The notes below the pieces were generated by a model, which searched no databases, was not told the origin of the DNA, and worked only from the letters and a program-made list of their open reading frames with translations. From Felis catus (Eukaryota): DNA of 64,000 nucleotides. This document shows, piece by piece, positions 24,979 to 36,945 of the stretch. Location: positions 32,738,001 to 32,802,000 of the forward strand of contig NC_058368.1 of assembly GCF_018350175.1 (NCBI RefSeq), given 5' to 3'. Position 1 is the stretch's first letter. Each line of letters opens with the position of its first letter. The translations under genes and the position numbers were made by a program.

Positions 24979-25600
24979 TTATATCAGTCAACAGTCTTAA
25001 TTGTAAATGATCAAAGCTTATTCTATATTATTAACTAAGTGATTCATTAAATATTGAGTAACTCAAAATATTTTTCAGGGCCAAGGACCTCTGGTCTAAG
25101 CTATCAGAAACAGTACCTCCGAAAATGAAATAATCCAAAATTTCAATTGTATTGTAATTTCTGACACCTCTGTCAGGAAATTAATCCAGGGGCCATCTAA
25201 AGTGGAACCTGTCACTGATGAGACAGAGACAGAGAAAGAGAGGGAGAGACAGACAGCATGAAAGAATTTAAATCCTGGAAAACTGAAATGATTGAAAAAT
25301 GTTCAGTACACTGGCAATCCTTGTTTATTGTTCAAATTTAAGTCTAAAACCTTTAAACAGCTGCTTATGAGTTCTTTATAGGTTTGTTGGCCTTTTTGGA
25401 ATTTTTAAATTTAGACTGGTAGAGTGGAAAACAGACCTCCACATTGGAGGGTAGCTATTGCTAGACTACAGATATAGAAACTTTGGTTGCTATTGTCTAC
25501 ATATATGGGGTCAAAGTCAAAGCCAGCAAATGAGGAAGGGTTGGCAGGAGTAATCTACTCTTGATAGATCTTAATTTGATCCTTATTTTACCCTCTACTC
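24979..25600 (-). mobile_element. Putative 5' LTR of the ERV-L-like element (old MLT1-like)
   Basis: tatatcagtcaacagtcttaattgtaaatgatcaaag.. resembles the reverse-complement end of old MLT1 LTRs and directly follows the internal region; distal boundary uncertain. Confidence 0.4.
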
Positions 25601-25896
25601 CATACTGTTTTTACTCAGTTTGTGGGATTTCTTTTTTTTTTCTCCCACAGGAAAACACATATAGAGTTCCAAATTATTTATTTATTCTTGTACTATTAAA
25701 AAATAATTTCAGTAGAGCTACCACAGTGTTATATTAGTTTTAGTTGTAAAATATAGTGATTCAACAATCCCGTACATTACTCAGTGCTTATTATGATGTG
25801 TACTCTTAATCCCCATCACCTATTTCACTCATCCTCCCCACCCAACCTCCCCACCCACCCACCTCTGGTAGCCATCAGTTTGTTTTCTAAAGTTAA

Positions 25897-26113
25897 ATAA
25901 AAAAAAAAAAATAAAGTTTATTTATTTTTTGGGAGACAGAGAGAGACAGAGTGTGAGCAGGAGAGGGGGAGTCACAGAATCAAAAGCAGTCTCCAGGCTC
26001 TGAGCTGTCAGCACAGAACCCAAGGTGAGGCTTGAACTCATGAACTTCAAGATGATGACCTGAGCCAAAGTTAGATGAAGTCAGATTAACTGACTGAGCC
26101 ACCCCGGTGCCCC
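25897..26113 (-). mobile_element. Can-SINE
   Basis: TSD tgttttctaaagttaa / tgttttctatagttaa. Confidence 0.93.
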
Positions 26114-26141
26114 TGTTTTCTATAGTTAAGAATGTTTCTTC

Positions 26142-26142
<1 letters not shown>

Positions 26143-26183
<41 letters not shown>
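26143..26183. repeat. (CT)n microsatellite
   Basis: Pure CT run. Confidence 0.95.
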
Positions 26184-26186
<3 letters not shown>

Positions 26187-26228
26187 TCTCGCTCTCTCTT
26201 TTTCCTTTGCTTATTTGTTTTGTTTCTT

Positions 26229-26451
26229 TTTTTTTTAATTTTTTTTTCAACGTTTATTTTATTTTTGGGACAGAGAGAGACAGAGCATGAACGGGGGAGG
26301 GGCAGAGAGAGAGGGAGACACAGAATCGGAAACAGGCTCCAGGCTCTGAGCCATCAGCCCAGAGCCCGACGCGGGGATCAAACCCACGGACCGCGAGATT
26401 GTGACCTGGCTGAAGTCGGACGCTTAACCGACTGCGCCACCCAGGCGCCCC
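26229..26451 (-). mobile_element. Young felid SINE (SINEC_Fc-like)
   Basis: CpG-rich, diagnostic gtgacctggctgaagtcggacgcttaaccgactgcgcc; perfect 17-bp TSD tatttgttttgtttctt (26212-26228 and 26452-26468). Confidence 0.96.
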
Positions 26452-26471
26452 TATTTGTTTTGTTTCTTAAA

Positions 26472-26670
26472 AAATTTTTGTTGTTTATTTATTATTGAGA
26501 GACAGAGCATGAGCATGGGAGGGGCAGAAAGAGGGTGAACAGAATTGGAAGATGGTCCCAGGCTCTGAGCTGTCAGCACAGAGCCCAATGAGGGGCTCAA
26601 ACTCATAAACCTCTAGATCATGACCTGAGCAGAAGTTGGATGCTTAACCAACTGAGAAACCCAGGTGCCT
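26472..26670 (-). mobile_element. Can-SINE (older)
   Basis: TSD tgttttgtttcttaaa / tgttttgtttctcaaa. Confidence 0.92.
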
Positions 26671-27742
26671 ATGTTTTGTTTCTCAAACATACGGTATCAT
26701 GTGAAATCATATGGTATCTGCCTTTCTCTTCCTGATTTATACTCTCTAGCTCCATCAATCCATGTCTTTGCAAATGGCAAGATTTCATTCTTTTTGACGG
26801 CTTTTTTGTAGCTGAATAATAACATATATATGTATATGTTATTTATAATATTTATTTATTTTTATAAATAAATTTATTTATCCATTCATCTGTCAGTGGA
26901 GACCTGGGCTACTTCTATATTTTGGCTATTGTAGATAATGCTGCAATAAACATAGGGGTCCATGTATCCCTTTGAATTTGTGTTTTTGTATTTTTTGGGT
27001 AAGTACCTAGTAGTGTGATTGTTGGATTGTAGTATCTGGGATTTCTAAATCCTAAGTTCTAAATCCTAAATCTGTATATGAATCTGTAAAGGCTCAAAGC
27101 CTCTCTTCCTAAGTGAGTGTCTGTCAATGCCTAATTTTGGTAGGATTCTTTCTTACCGTAAATATAGTAGGGAGGCTTGTGTACCACTCTTTTATCTTGA
27201 TTTAAGAGTTAAGTATCTAAAATGCAATTGCAGAGTTTAAATCAGCTTTATAAATAAGAAAAACACAATGATGAAAATTAAATCAAAGTTGAGCAGTTAT
27301 ATTTTACTCTACATTCCCAATTTTCATGTGTTACTATGAGTACTTTTTACTTTACTTTTAACCTTTAAAATTGTCACAATGATTAACCAAATGAACATTT
27401 CCATGACTAAAATTTTTTTGAGAAAATATGTAGTTGCCAGTGCTTTATGCTACTCCTCTTACACTAAATTTGACCTCATATGACCTTGGAATTAAATTGG
27501 ATTGCCTGATATTTGAGGTGAGAGACCAAATTAATCTATGGCAATAAGCATCGAGACAATAGTTGGCTACCCACAATCAGTTCACCATTTTTAAGATCAC
27601 CAGTAATGTTGAAAAGATTAAAAAATCTTTCTGTTGCTAATTTCTCATGAGTTTGTTCAAATAATAATCTAAAAACTCTTTACATTGTAAAGATTGATTT
27701 TGAAATTGTGATTCAAGTCATTTGTCTCTTCCTCATCCATTT

Positions 27743-27982
27743 CATTTTTTTTATTAAAAATTTTGTTTTAATGTTTATTTTTGAGAGAGAGAGAGGAGAG
27801 GCAGGCTACAAGTGGGGGCGGGGCAGAGAGAGAGAGAGGGAGACACAGAATCCAGAAGCAGGCTTCAGGCTCTGAGTTGTCAGCACAGAGCCTGACACAA
27901 CGTAGGGCTTGAACCCATGACTATGAGATCATGACCTGAGACAAAGTCAATTGCTTAACCACCTGAGCCACCCAGGTGCCCC
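27743..27982 (-). mobile_element. Can-SINE
   Basis: TSD ttcctcatccattt at 27729-27742 and 27983-27996. Confidence 0.95.
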
Positions 27983-28603
27983 TTCCTCATCCATTTTCGA
28001 AACTTAATCAATAAAGTGATTTTTCTTTTAATTTGGAATGTTAAAAATGAGCACCAGATTCAGAGGTCTTTCTGAAATTTGCACTTCAAAAATAATAATT
28101 TTACTTCACATATTAGGAGCAACCTACATTTATGTAAAAATGAATATATTTAATTACATTAATTTACCTGTCATCTGAGTTACTTAAGCATACAAAATTG
28201 TATTTGCATTTTTTTATATTATATTCACTGTTTTTTTTTCTCACTTTTGCCTTTCCAAACTAGCAGTAAATGACTTTTTTAAAGAGTGAACCTAACTTCT
28301 TATCAATGACCAAGTGAAATAGGGTTAATATTAAGTATAGGATTTTTTTTCATTTATTCCAATCACTCTTTTTGAGGATTGAAGGAAGAACTAGAATTTA
28401 GTGTTAACGTGTATTTCTGGCTGGCTGGGAAAGTCTTCTTTAAAAATAATTGTTTTAGTAATTAATGACCGTGGAGATTGTAACTTCTCTAAATTCACGA
28501 CCTTGGTATTAAGACACAGAAAGAGGTTGCATGTGGTCTGTAACTGACCTGTAGAGATGGTTAAACAGCCACACCATGAAACCTAAAGGTAGTAGGTATG
28601 AAC

Positions 28604-28982
28604 TGTGTTAGTTTGCAAGGGCTACCATAATGAAGTAACCATGACCTGGGGGCTTCAATAACAGAAATATATTTTCTATTGGTTCTGGAGGCTAGAAAGC
28701 TGAGATCGAGGTGTGGCAAGGTCAGTTTCTTCTCAGGCCTCTCTCCTTGCCTTGCAGGTGATCATCTCCCTGTGTCCTCACATGTCCTTTCATCTGTGTA
28801 TGTGTCCTATTCTCCTTTCCTTACAAGGACAGTGGTCATATTGGATTAGGACTCACCCCAATGACACTTCATCTTAAACACCTCTTTACGGAACCTCTCT
28901 CTAAATACTGTCACATTCTGACATACTGGGGATTAGGATTTCAGCATGTGAATTTGAGGGCCACACATTTCACCCTATGATA
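28604..28982 (-). mobile_element. MLT1B-like solo LTR, full length
   Basis: tgtgttagtttgcaagggctaccataa..aggcctctctccttg..tcatattggattagg..gtcacattctgacatactgggg.. Confidence 0.9.
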
Positions 28983-29314
28983 CCAACCAAAATGTTCACA
29001 GAAGTCTTCATCCACAGATTTTTTGAGCCCCAAAAAGAGCACACACTAAGCCATGCCCAAATTCTACCACTTGGGATAGCAACCTTTCTAGTGAAGAAGA
29101 AATTATATTTTGGGCCTTGATGTGAATTATAAATCTCTGTTCACTAATTCAAATTTATCAATTTTGTTCATATTTGCCCTCCTTGCTCAAGTAATTGATT
29201 CTCTGATAAGTGGTATACTAGTAAATGTAACGGTAGCCTATCAACATGCACAATACAGTATCATTTCTTTATTGTTGTTTACATACACATTTATTCTTAC
29301 TCTTTAAAATTATT

Positions 29315-31434
29315 TTCAAAGTTTTTGTTTTTAAATTTACATCCAAGTTAGTTAACATAGAGTGTAATGATGATTTCAGGAGTAGAATTTAGTGATTCAT
29401 CACTTACATATAACACCCAGTGATCATCCCAACAAGTTTCCTCCTTAGTGCCCTTTGCCCATTTAGCCCTCCCCCCCCACCTAACACCCCTCCAGCAACC
29501 CTCAGTTTGTTTTCTGTATTTAAGCGTCTCTTATGGTTTGTCCCCTTCTTAGTTTTTATATTATTTTTGCTTCCCTTCCCATATGTGCATCTGTTTTGAT
29601 CTTAAATTCCACATATGAGTGAAGTTATATGATATTTGTCTTTCTCTGACTTATTTCGCTTAGCATAATACCCTCTAATTCCATCCACATTGTTGCAAAT
29701 GGCAAGATTTCATTCTTTTTGATAGCCAGTAATACTGCATTGTATACATATACTGCTTCTTTATCCATTCATCAGTCAATGGACACTTGGGCTCTTTCCG
29801 TATTTTGTCTATTGTCAATAGTGCTGCTACAAACATTGAAGTTCATGTGCCCCTTTGAAGTAGCACTCCTGTGTCCTTTGGATCAATACCTAGTAGTGCA
29901 ATACTGGGTCGTAGGGTAGTGTTATTTTTAATTTTTTGAGGAACCTCCATACTGTTTTCCAGAATGGCTGCACCAGTTTGCATTCCCACCAGGTGTCCAA
30001 AAGGGTTCCCCTTTCATCGCATCCTTACCAACATCTGTTGTTGCCTGAGTTGTTAAATTTGGCCATTCTGAGAGGTGTGAGGTGGTATCTCATTATGGTT
30101 TTGATCTGCGTTTCCCAGATGATGATAAGGAATTTGGGCATTTTTTGATGTGCCTGTTAGCCATCTGGATGTTTTCTTTGGAGAAGTGTCTATTCATGTC
30201 TTTTGCCCATTTCTTCACTGGATTATATGTTTTTTTTTGGGGGGGGGTGTTGAGATTGGTAAATTCGTTATAGATTTTGGATACTAACCCTTTATCTTAT
30301 ATGTCATTTGCAAATATCTTCTCCCATTCTGTCAGTTGCCTTTTAGTTTTGTTGACTGTGTTTTTTTGTTTGTTTTTTGTTTTTTGTTTTGTTTTGTCTT
30401 GATGAGGTCCCAGTAGTTCATTTGGCTTTTGTTTCCCTTGCCTCTGGGGACATGTCAAGTAAGAAATTGCTGTGGCTGAGTTCAAAGAGGTTGTTGCCTG
30501 TTTTCTCTTCTAGGATTTTCATGCCTTCCTGTCTTACATTTATGTTTTTCATCCATTTTGTGTTTATTTTTATGTTTGGTGTAAGAAAGTAGTCCATGTT
30601 CATTCTTCTGTTGTTGCTGTCCAGTTTTCCAAACACCATTTGCTGAAGAGACTGTCTTTTTTCCATTGGATATTCTTTCTTGCTTTGTCAAAGATTAGTT
30701 GACCATATGTTTGTAGGTTCATTTATACGTTCTTTATTCTGTTCCGTTGATCTGTGTGTATGTTTTTGCACCACTACCATACCAACTTGATGATTACAGT
30801 TTTGTAATACAGCTTGAAGTCTGGAATTGTGATGCCTCTACCTTTGGTTTGCTTTTGCAACATTACTTTCGCTATCTGGGTCTTTTCTGGTTCCATACAA
30901 ATTTTTAATTGTTTGTTCTATCTCTGTGAAGAATGCTGGTGTTATTTAGATAGGTATTGCACTGAATATCTATATTGCTTTGGGTAGTATTGACATTTTA
31001 ACAATATTTATTCTTCCAATCCATGAGCATGGAATGTTTTTCCATTTTTTTTGTTTCTTCAATTTCTTTCATAAACTTTTCATAGTTTTCAGTGTATATA
31101 TTTTTTAATTCTTTGGCTAGATTTATCCCTATGTATTTTATGGTTTTTGGTGCAATTGTAAATGGGATTGATTCTTTGATTTCTCTTTCTGCTGCTTCAT
31201 TATTGGATATACAAATGCAACTGATTTCTGTACATTGATTGTATATCCTGCGACTTTGCTGAATTCATGAATCAGTTCTAGCAGTTTTTTTGGAGTCTTT
31301 GGGTTTTCTCCATACAGTAGCATGTTGTCTGCAAAGAATGAAAGTTTGACTTCCTCCATTCCAGTTTGGATGCCTTTTATTTGTTTGCGTTGTCTGATTG
31401 CTGAGGCATAGTATCCAACACTGTGTTGAATAAC
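29315..31434 (-). mobile_element. 5'-truncated carnivore L1 (ORF2 RT to 3'UTR)
   Basis: ORF track [29 protein letters not shown] is the L1 RT FADD region; typical 3'UTR. Confidence 0.93.
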
Positions 31435-32229
31435 ATAAATGACTTTCTTATGTTAAAAATATCACACCATCACAGTACACATCATAGTATATCAGGATTT
31501 CTTCTAAATTATTATTTATCACTATTATAAAATATTTTTTAATTAAGCTTTCCAGCTGGAGAGATTTTACTAATTAATAAGATATTACCTTTATAGGTAT
31601 ACTTTTCAGCTTTAGAAAATATTGAATCATCAAGCAATTCTACAGTTGCTAACGGATGAAATTTATTAGTAAGAACTGTATGTCCTCTGAAAAATGAACT
31701 TCTTATATCAGTAACTTACTTGTATGATTCAATTTAGTTATGATTTTTTTCCAGAGATGAGCTAGGTGAAGAATATATACAGAAAGGATTCCTCCACCTT
31801 ATTTTACCTTTGCAAGTGAGTTCTAGTCATATGTTCAGTATTTATTAGGCAAAAATAATTTTTCTATCAGATAGTTTGGTTGTTGATCATCAGATAGATG
31901 ATTATTGTCATTTTGCTTGGGCGTTGGTGTAGATGAGCTACATTCAGGGCCTTTTGTCCAATGATTCTACTAATATCACTGTACAAGCCTTTTCAATCAC
32001 AGAAGATGTCCAGGTGTGTATAAGCATTGGTATACATCTCTAGAGGATTTGATAAACAGATCCCTTCCTTTTCCTTTGACTACTATTACCATCCTTTTTC
32101 AGATATCACACTCTTATTCCTCCCCTTTTTCCATCAGGCCATTCTTAATCACTTACTCTTCTAGAGTAATCTTCAGTTTTCCCCTGGATGAGTGTTCATA
32201 TTCACTAGCACAGCTTTTATTACAACTAT

Positions 32230-32380
32230 GGAGCTGACAATTATGAAGTACTTATTGCAACCTCAGACTTCGTTCTGTTTTTGAATTAGCTATTCAGTGA
32301 CCTACTGAACATTTTCACTGGGATGTCCAAGAAGTGTCTCAACTCAACATGCTAAAAATTGATCTCTGGATACTCCTGTC
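32230..32380 (+). mobile_element. L2 relic
   Basis: tattcagtgacctactgaacattttcactgggatgtcc..ctcaactcaacatg. Confidence 0.55.
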
Positions 32381-33033
32381 ACTGTCTGATTTTATAATAG
32401 CTAAATTCCTCGGGGCAGAGATTTCTGTGTTGCTGAACAATACTGTTGAAACTATCCAGACCCTCTCTCTAATCCTCTAAGAGGCTTATAATGGTTTATT
32501 TGGGGTGCATGGGGGATAAGGGAATGCTATGGTTTCTGGAGAATAGATTGATATGTTATCATACAAATCCAGTAATGCCAAACTTAAACCAGGGAAAGAG
32601 TAAGCACAACAGTTCAACAAAACTCTGATTTCACATGTTCTAATTTTTCACTTTCTCTGCCTTCATTGCCAGATACAGGGTGAATATATATACTTGCCAA
32701 GGATGTATCAGGAAAATAAGAGGGAAGAGGCTTATGACCAGTATTTTAAAATCTGCACTATGACTAGGAAAAAATGGTATTATAAATTGTTTATCTAGTA
32801 GTAATACATTTTTTAAACTCAAGGTTGCTGAATATGTTTGTCCTAACAGCAGATTAAGTAAATTTGACCCATCCTCTTATGGAAAAAAAAAAGGCGGATA
32901 TAATATTAATAAAATATCTTGATGGATGAATTGTCGAACTAACAAGGAATATAAAAATTATAGGTCAAGATTCAGGAAAATATGAAAACCTACAGTGCCT
33001 CTATGCCAACTTTGACAAATATGTTTCTAATTT

Positions 33034-33259
33034 CAATTTTTTGTAATGTTTATTTCTAAGAGAGAGAGAGGCAGACAGACAGAGTGTGAGCTGGTGAAGG
33101 TCAGAGAGAGAGACACACACACACAGAATCCGAAGTGGGCTTCAGGCTCTGAGCTGTCAGCACAGAGCCCAGTGCAGAGCTGGAACCCATGAACCGCGAG
33201 ATCATGACCTGAGCCGAAGTCGGACGCTTAATTAACCTACTGAGCCACCCAGGCACCCG
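33034..33259 (-). mobile_element. Can-SINE
   Basis: TSD aatatgtttctaattt / aatatgtctctaattt. Confidence 0.94.
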
Positions 33260-33341
33260 AATATGTCTCTAATTTTAAATGAGACTGCAGAGAGGAATAA
33301 GTGAGTAGAAGTTTGGCAGACTTGTAGGTCTAAAGGGATTT

Positions 33342-33563
33342 GGGCGCCTGGGTGGCGCAGTCGGTTAAGCGTCCGACTTCAGCCAGGTCACGATCTCGCG
33401 GTCCATGAGTTCGAGCCCCGCGTCAGGCTCTGGGCTGATGGCTCAGAGCCTGGAGCCTGTTTCCCATTCTGTGTCTCCCTCTCTCTCTGACCCTCCCCCG
33501 TTCATGCTCTGTCTCTCTCTGTCCCAAAAATTAAATAAACATTGAAAAAAAATTTTTTTAAAA
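33342..33563 (+). mobile_element. Young felid SINE (SINEC_Fc-like)
   Basis: gggcgcctgggtggcgcagtcggttaagcgtccgacttcagccaggtcacgatctcgcgg; flanking taaagggat repeat. Confidence 0.96.
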
Positions 33564-33849
33564 TAAAGGGATAAAAAATTAGAGTTCAATAACTAAAAGA
33601 AAAGGATCTGATAGACCCCAATATTTTGGATGCAAAAGCCCAAAGGCCTTTGGTACAGGATTAATGGTAAGCTAGAAAGGACTATCCTTTACAGCAATCG
33701 AAATCAAACACCAAATCATCTCATACCCTATTTAGAATATGGCCAGGATGGTTATTGCTCCCTCTCCTAACTGTCTAGAAACATACATAAAACATCTCTG
33801 GAATAATGTAAGTACACCTGAAGTCAAATTATTTTCACAGACAATTATC

Positions 33850-36050
33850 GGTACACATCCATTATGTAACATAGCATTGTATAAGAAAAAAAAAAAAAAC
33901 ACCTAAATAATGAGACTCTAGTTCTTTGAATTGTGAGAAATAAAATTGTAGAATATTTGTTTATTATTAAACTAAATAAAATTTGAAAATCAGCCAATAT
34001 TTAGAAATTACAAAGTAGAACCAGAGAGTAAATTTTAAATTTCAAAATAAAATAATAATATAATGACAAAATAAGTGTAAGCAAGAATAACAGTCCTTAA
34101 CAAACCTGAGTTAAGAGCAGATGAGATACAACTGAACAGATAATGAAAGTAATTCTAATTTTTCACCAATGGAGTGTTAGAAGGATAAAAGGAAGAAAAT
34201 AGCACAGACTCAAAACCTTCAAAAATGATTGCTGAGAATTTGCTGAAACATCAAGTCTTTCTGCTATCATTTTAGAGGCACTATGAACTTCCAGCAGGAA
34301 TACTACAAAGAAAATAACTCAAAACATACGGACTTCGGATTTTCCTTTCCATTTCTCCTTCCAAAATATTTGCATGAGTAAACCTTTCTGGGACAATGGA
34401 ATCTGGAGGACTCATAATTTCTTTCAATAAACCATTATTTGTTCTATGTTCAAAAAAAAAAAGAAAAGAACTTAGGATCTCATAACAAGAATATTGACAT
34501 ACATAGTAAAGGACAAAAATCTCAAGTAGCCAGAATAAAATAATAGGTTACTTCCATGCAGATCGGTCTAATGTGTGACTTTTCAATAGAGACAGAGCCA
34601 AATGATCAAGGGATAATTTTTAAGTGCTAAAAAAAGACTGCCAATCTAGAATTCTACAGCCAGTGAATAAACAAAATAGTTTCAAGCAAATACAGAGATA
34701 ACATGACTGAATTAAGAAAGCACTGGATGCTTTCTTTAGGCAGAGAGAAAATGATTACAGATAGAAGCTCAAAGATACGGATTGAAGACTAAAGCTTTAA
34801 ATCTGTAAGTAAACATAAATTAATATTCATTACACAATACATTAACAATGTGTTATGGAGTATTATACATAAGAAAAGTTAAATGTGCAGTATCATGAAA
34901 GGCAGAGTTGTACTAGTAAATAATAACCAACAGAAAGATGATCAGGCTATATTAATATCTGACAAATTAGACTTTAAGAGAAAAAAATATGAGTAGTCAG
35001 AATATATATATTCAGTAGTGTGAATATATGCATGTGAAGGAAATTGGATATTTTAACACATCTTTCTCAGAAATGAATAGAACAAACGAGTAAAAAATCT
35101 ATAAAGATATACTTGATTTGAAAAGCAATATTAACAAAACCGTCATAATTGAGGCTTAGAGGGCACTGCATCCATATCACTGCAGATTACACATTATCTT
35201 TAAGCACACATGAAACATTTACAATGTGACCATATGCTGAGCCATAAAACATGTTTCAAAAACATCCAAAGGACTGCAACCATACAAAGAATATTGTGTG
35301 ACACAATAGAATTAAGATGTGAATCATTAACTAAAAGGAAAAATAGAAGATCCCCATGCCATTCAAAAATAACAAATACACTTACAAATATCACAAAGAT
35401 AAAAGAAGAAATCACAATGGATATTGGAAAATATAATGAATTGAATGAGAAGGAAAATACTTTACATTTGTGGGATTTAACTAAAGACAGATTCAGATAA
35501 GAATTCTTAGACTTGATTGAATGTATTCAAAAATCAAAGTTGAAAATCAACAACATCATTCCTTTAAAGAAATCATTAAAATGAATGAAACTGAAATTCA
35601 GAAGAAAAAAAAACTTAAGAAAAACATGTAAAGATATATGAATTGCAAGAACAAACAAATAAGGAATGTAAAAAATATTGAAGACAAAAATTAGTCAGCC
35701 AAAATCCTTAAAATAACTGATAGACAGCTGTGAAGCTCATCAAGTAAAAAAATAAATAATGCAAGCACAAACTACATTAAACATAAAAAAATTGACATCT
35801 ACCCTCAAAACTAATGCCAGAAAAAGTGCATATTACAATCTTTTTAAAAAATATCATGAAGGTTTAAATCACGTGAAAAAATGCCTAGAGAAATAAACTA
35901 GCAAAACCGACACAAGAAAACACTGAACTTCCTATACTATAAATTGAATTAATCCATCAATCAATTGTAAAATACTTTCCCACAGGGAAAACATCAGTCC
36001 CCTATGGCTTTAATGTTGAAGTTGCATTTCAAAAGAAACATTTAAGAAGA
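33850..36050 (+). mobile_element. Ancient L1M relic (ORF1 and ORF2 5' half)
   Basis: A-rich; ORF1-like gccaatctagaattctacagccag; EN-like gctatattaatatctgacaaattagactttaag; ORF track CDHMLSHKTCFKNIQR. Confidence 0.7.
34322..34459 (+). pseudogene. Short polyadenylated retro-insert (3' end of an unidentified transcript)
   Basis: Non-L1 sequence with AATAAA at 34426-34431, poly(A) from 34452, flanked by aaagaaaataactca (34307-34321) and aaagaaaagaactta (34460-34474). Confidence 0.6.
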
Positions 36051-36076
36051 AAAAAGAACAAGAGGGATTTCTTGCA

Positions 36077-36207
36077 GGGGCGCCTGGTTGGCTCAATCAA
36101 TTAAGCATCTGACTCTTGATTTTAGCTCAGGTCATGGTCTTACAGCTCATGAGTTCAAGTCCTATGTCTGCTTGGAATTCTCTCTTTCCTTCTCTCTCTG
36201 CCCGTTC

Positions 36208-36261
<54 letters not shown>

Positions 36262-36286
36262 AAAATAAATAAACATTAAGAAGATA
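36077..36286 (+). mobile_element. Can-SINE with internal deletion and long (CT)n
   Basis: ggggcgcctggttggctca head; degenerate TSD aacaagagggatttcttgc / aacaaaagagatttcctcc. Confidence 0.9.
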
Positions 36287-36289
36287 AAC

Positions 36290-36378
36290 AAAAGAGATTT
36301 CCTCCTGCCTGACAGCTTTAAACATCATCTTTTCCTTGACTTAGGTGAACTGAAACACTGGTTGTCACTGAGTCTATT
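36290..36378 (+). mobile_element. MLT2-like (ERV-L LTR) fragment
   Basis: aagagatttcctcctgcctgacag..gaactgaaacactgg resembles MLT2D. Confidence 0.5.
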
Positions 36379-36388
36379 TCCTGGAACC

Positions 36389-36945
36389 TACTCTTGGTGA
36401 ACATGCTGTGAAGATTTTCGAAAGGGCAGTAAAGGATTTGAAAAGTTACATAAACTTAGTTGATAACGTAGTGGCAGGGTTTGAGAGGATAGACTCCAGT
36501 TTTGAAAGTGCTACTTGTGGGACCAAATGCTATCAAACAGCATTGAATGTTACAGAGAAATAATTTATGAAAAGAGGAGTCCATAGATGTGGCAGACTTC
36601 ACTGTCCTCTTGTTTTAAGAAATTGCTGCAGCCACTTCAACCTTCAGCAAGCACTACTCTGAACCCCCAGCAGTCATCAGAATGGAGACAAGACCCTCCA
36701 CTAGCAAAAGCATTACAACTTGTGAAAGTTCAGGTGGTGATTAGCATTTTTTAGCAATAAAGCATTTTTTTTACTTAAGTACACACATTGTTTTTTAGAC
36801 ATATGCTTAGTAGACTATGGTATAGTATAAACATGACTTTTATGTGCACTGAGAAACCAAAAGGTTTGTTTGACTTGCTTTAATGTGAAATTGGCTTTAG
36901 TTCAGTGGTCCAGAGCAAACTCACAATATCACCAAAGTATGCCTG
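36389..36945 (+). mobile_element. Tigger1-family DNA transposon, 3' part
   Basis: cataaacttagttgataa..gcagggtttgagaggat..caagaccctccactagcaaaag..; terminal repeat gtatgcctg followed by TA. Confidence 0.92.

Larger units (their letters stand above)
25685..27035 (-). mobile_element. Carnivore L1 3' fragment carrying three SINEs and (CT)n
   Basis: atatagtgattcaacaat..gcaaatggcaagatttcattcttttt..ataaacataggggt..aagtacctagtagtg. Confidence 0.85.

Noticed and set aside
27157..27216. Minus-strand exon-like segment with donor ACG|gtaaga (similar cases near 2846-2891 and 7194-7220)
   Set aside because: Stops in all frames and mediocre acceptors; illustrates the chance background of such signals
33342..33420. 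tRNA-like A/B boxes
   Set aside because: tRNA-derived SINE head, not a tRNA gene
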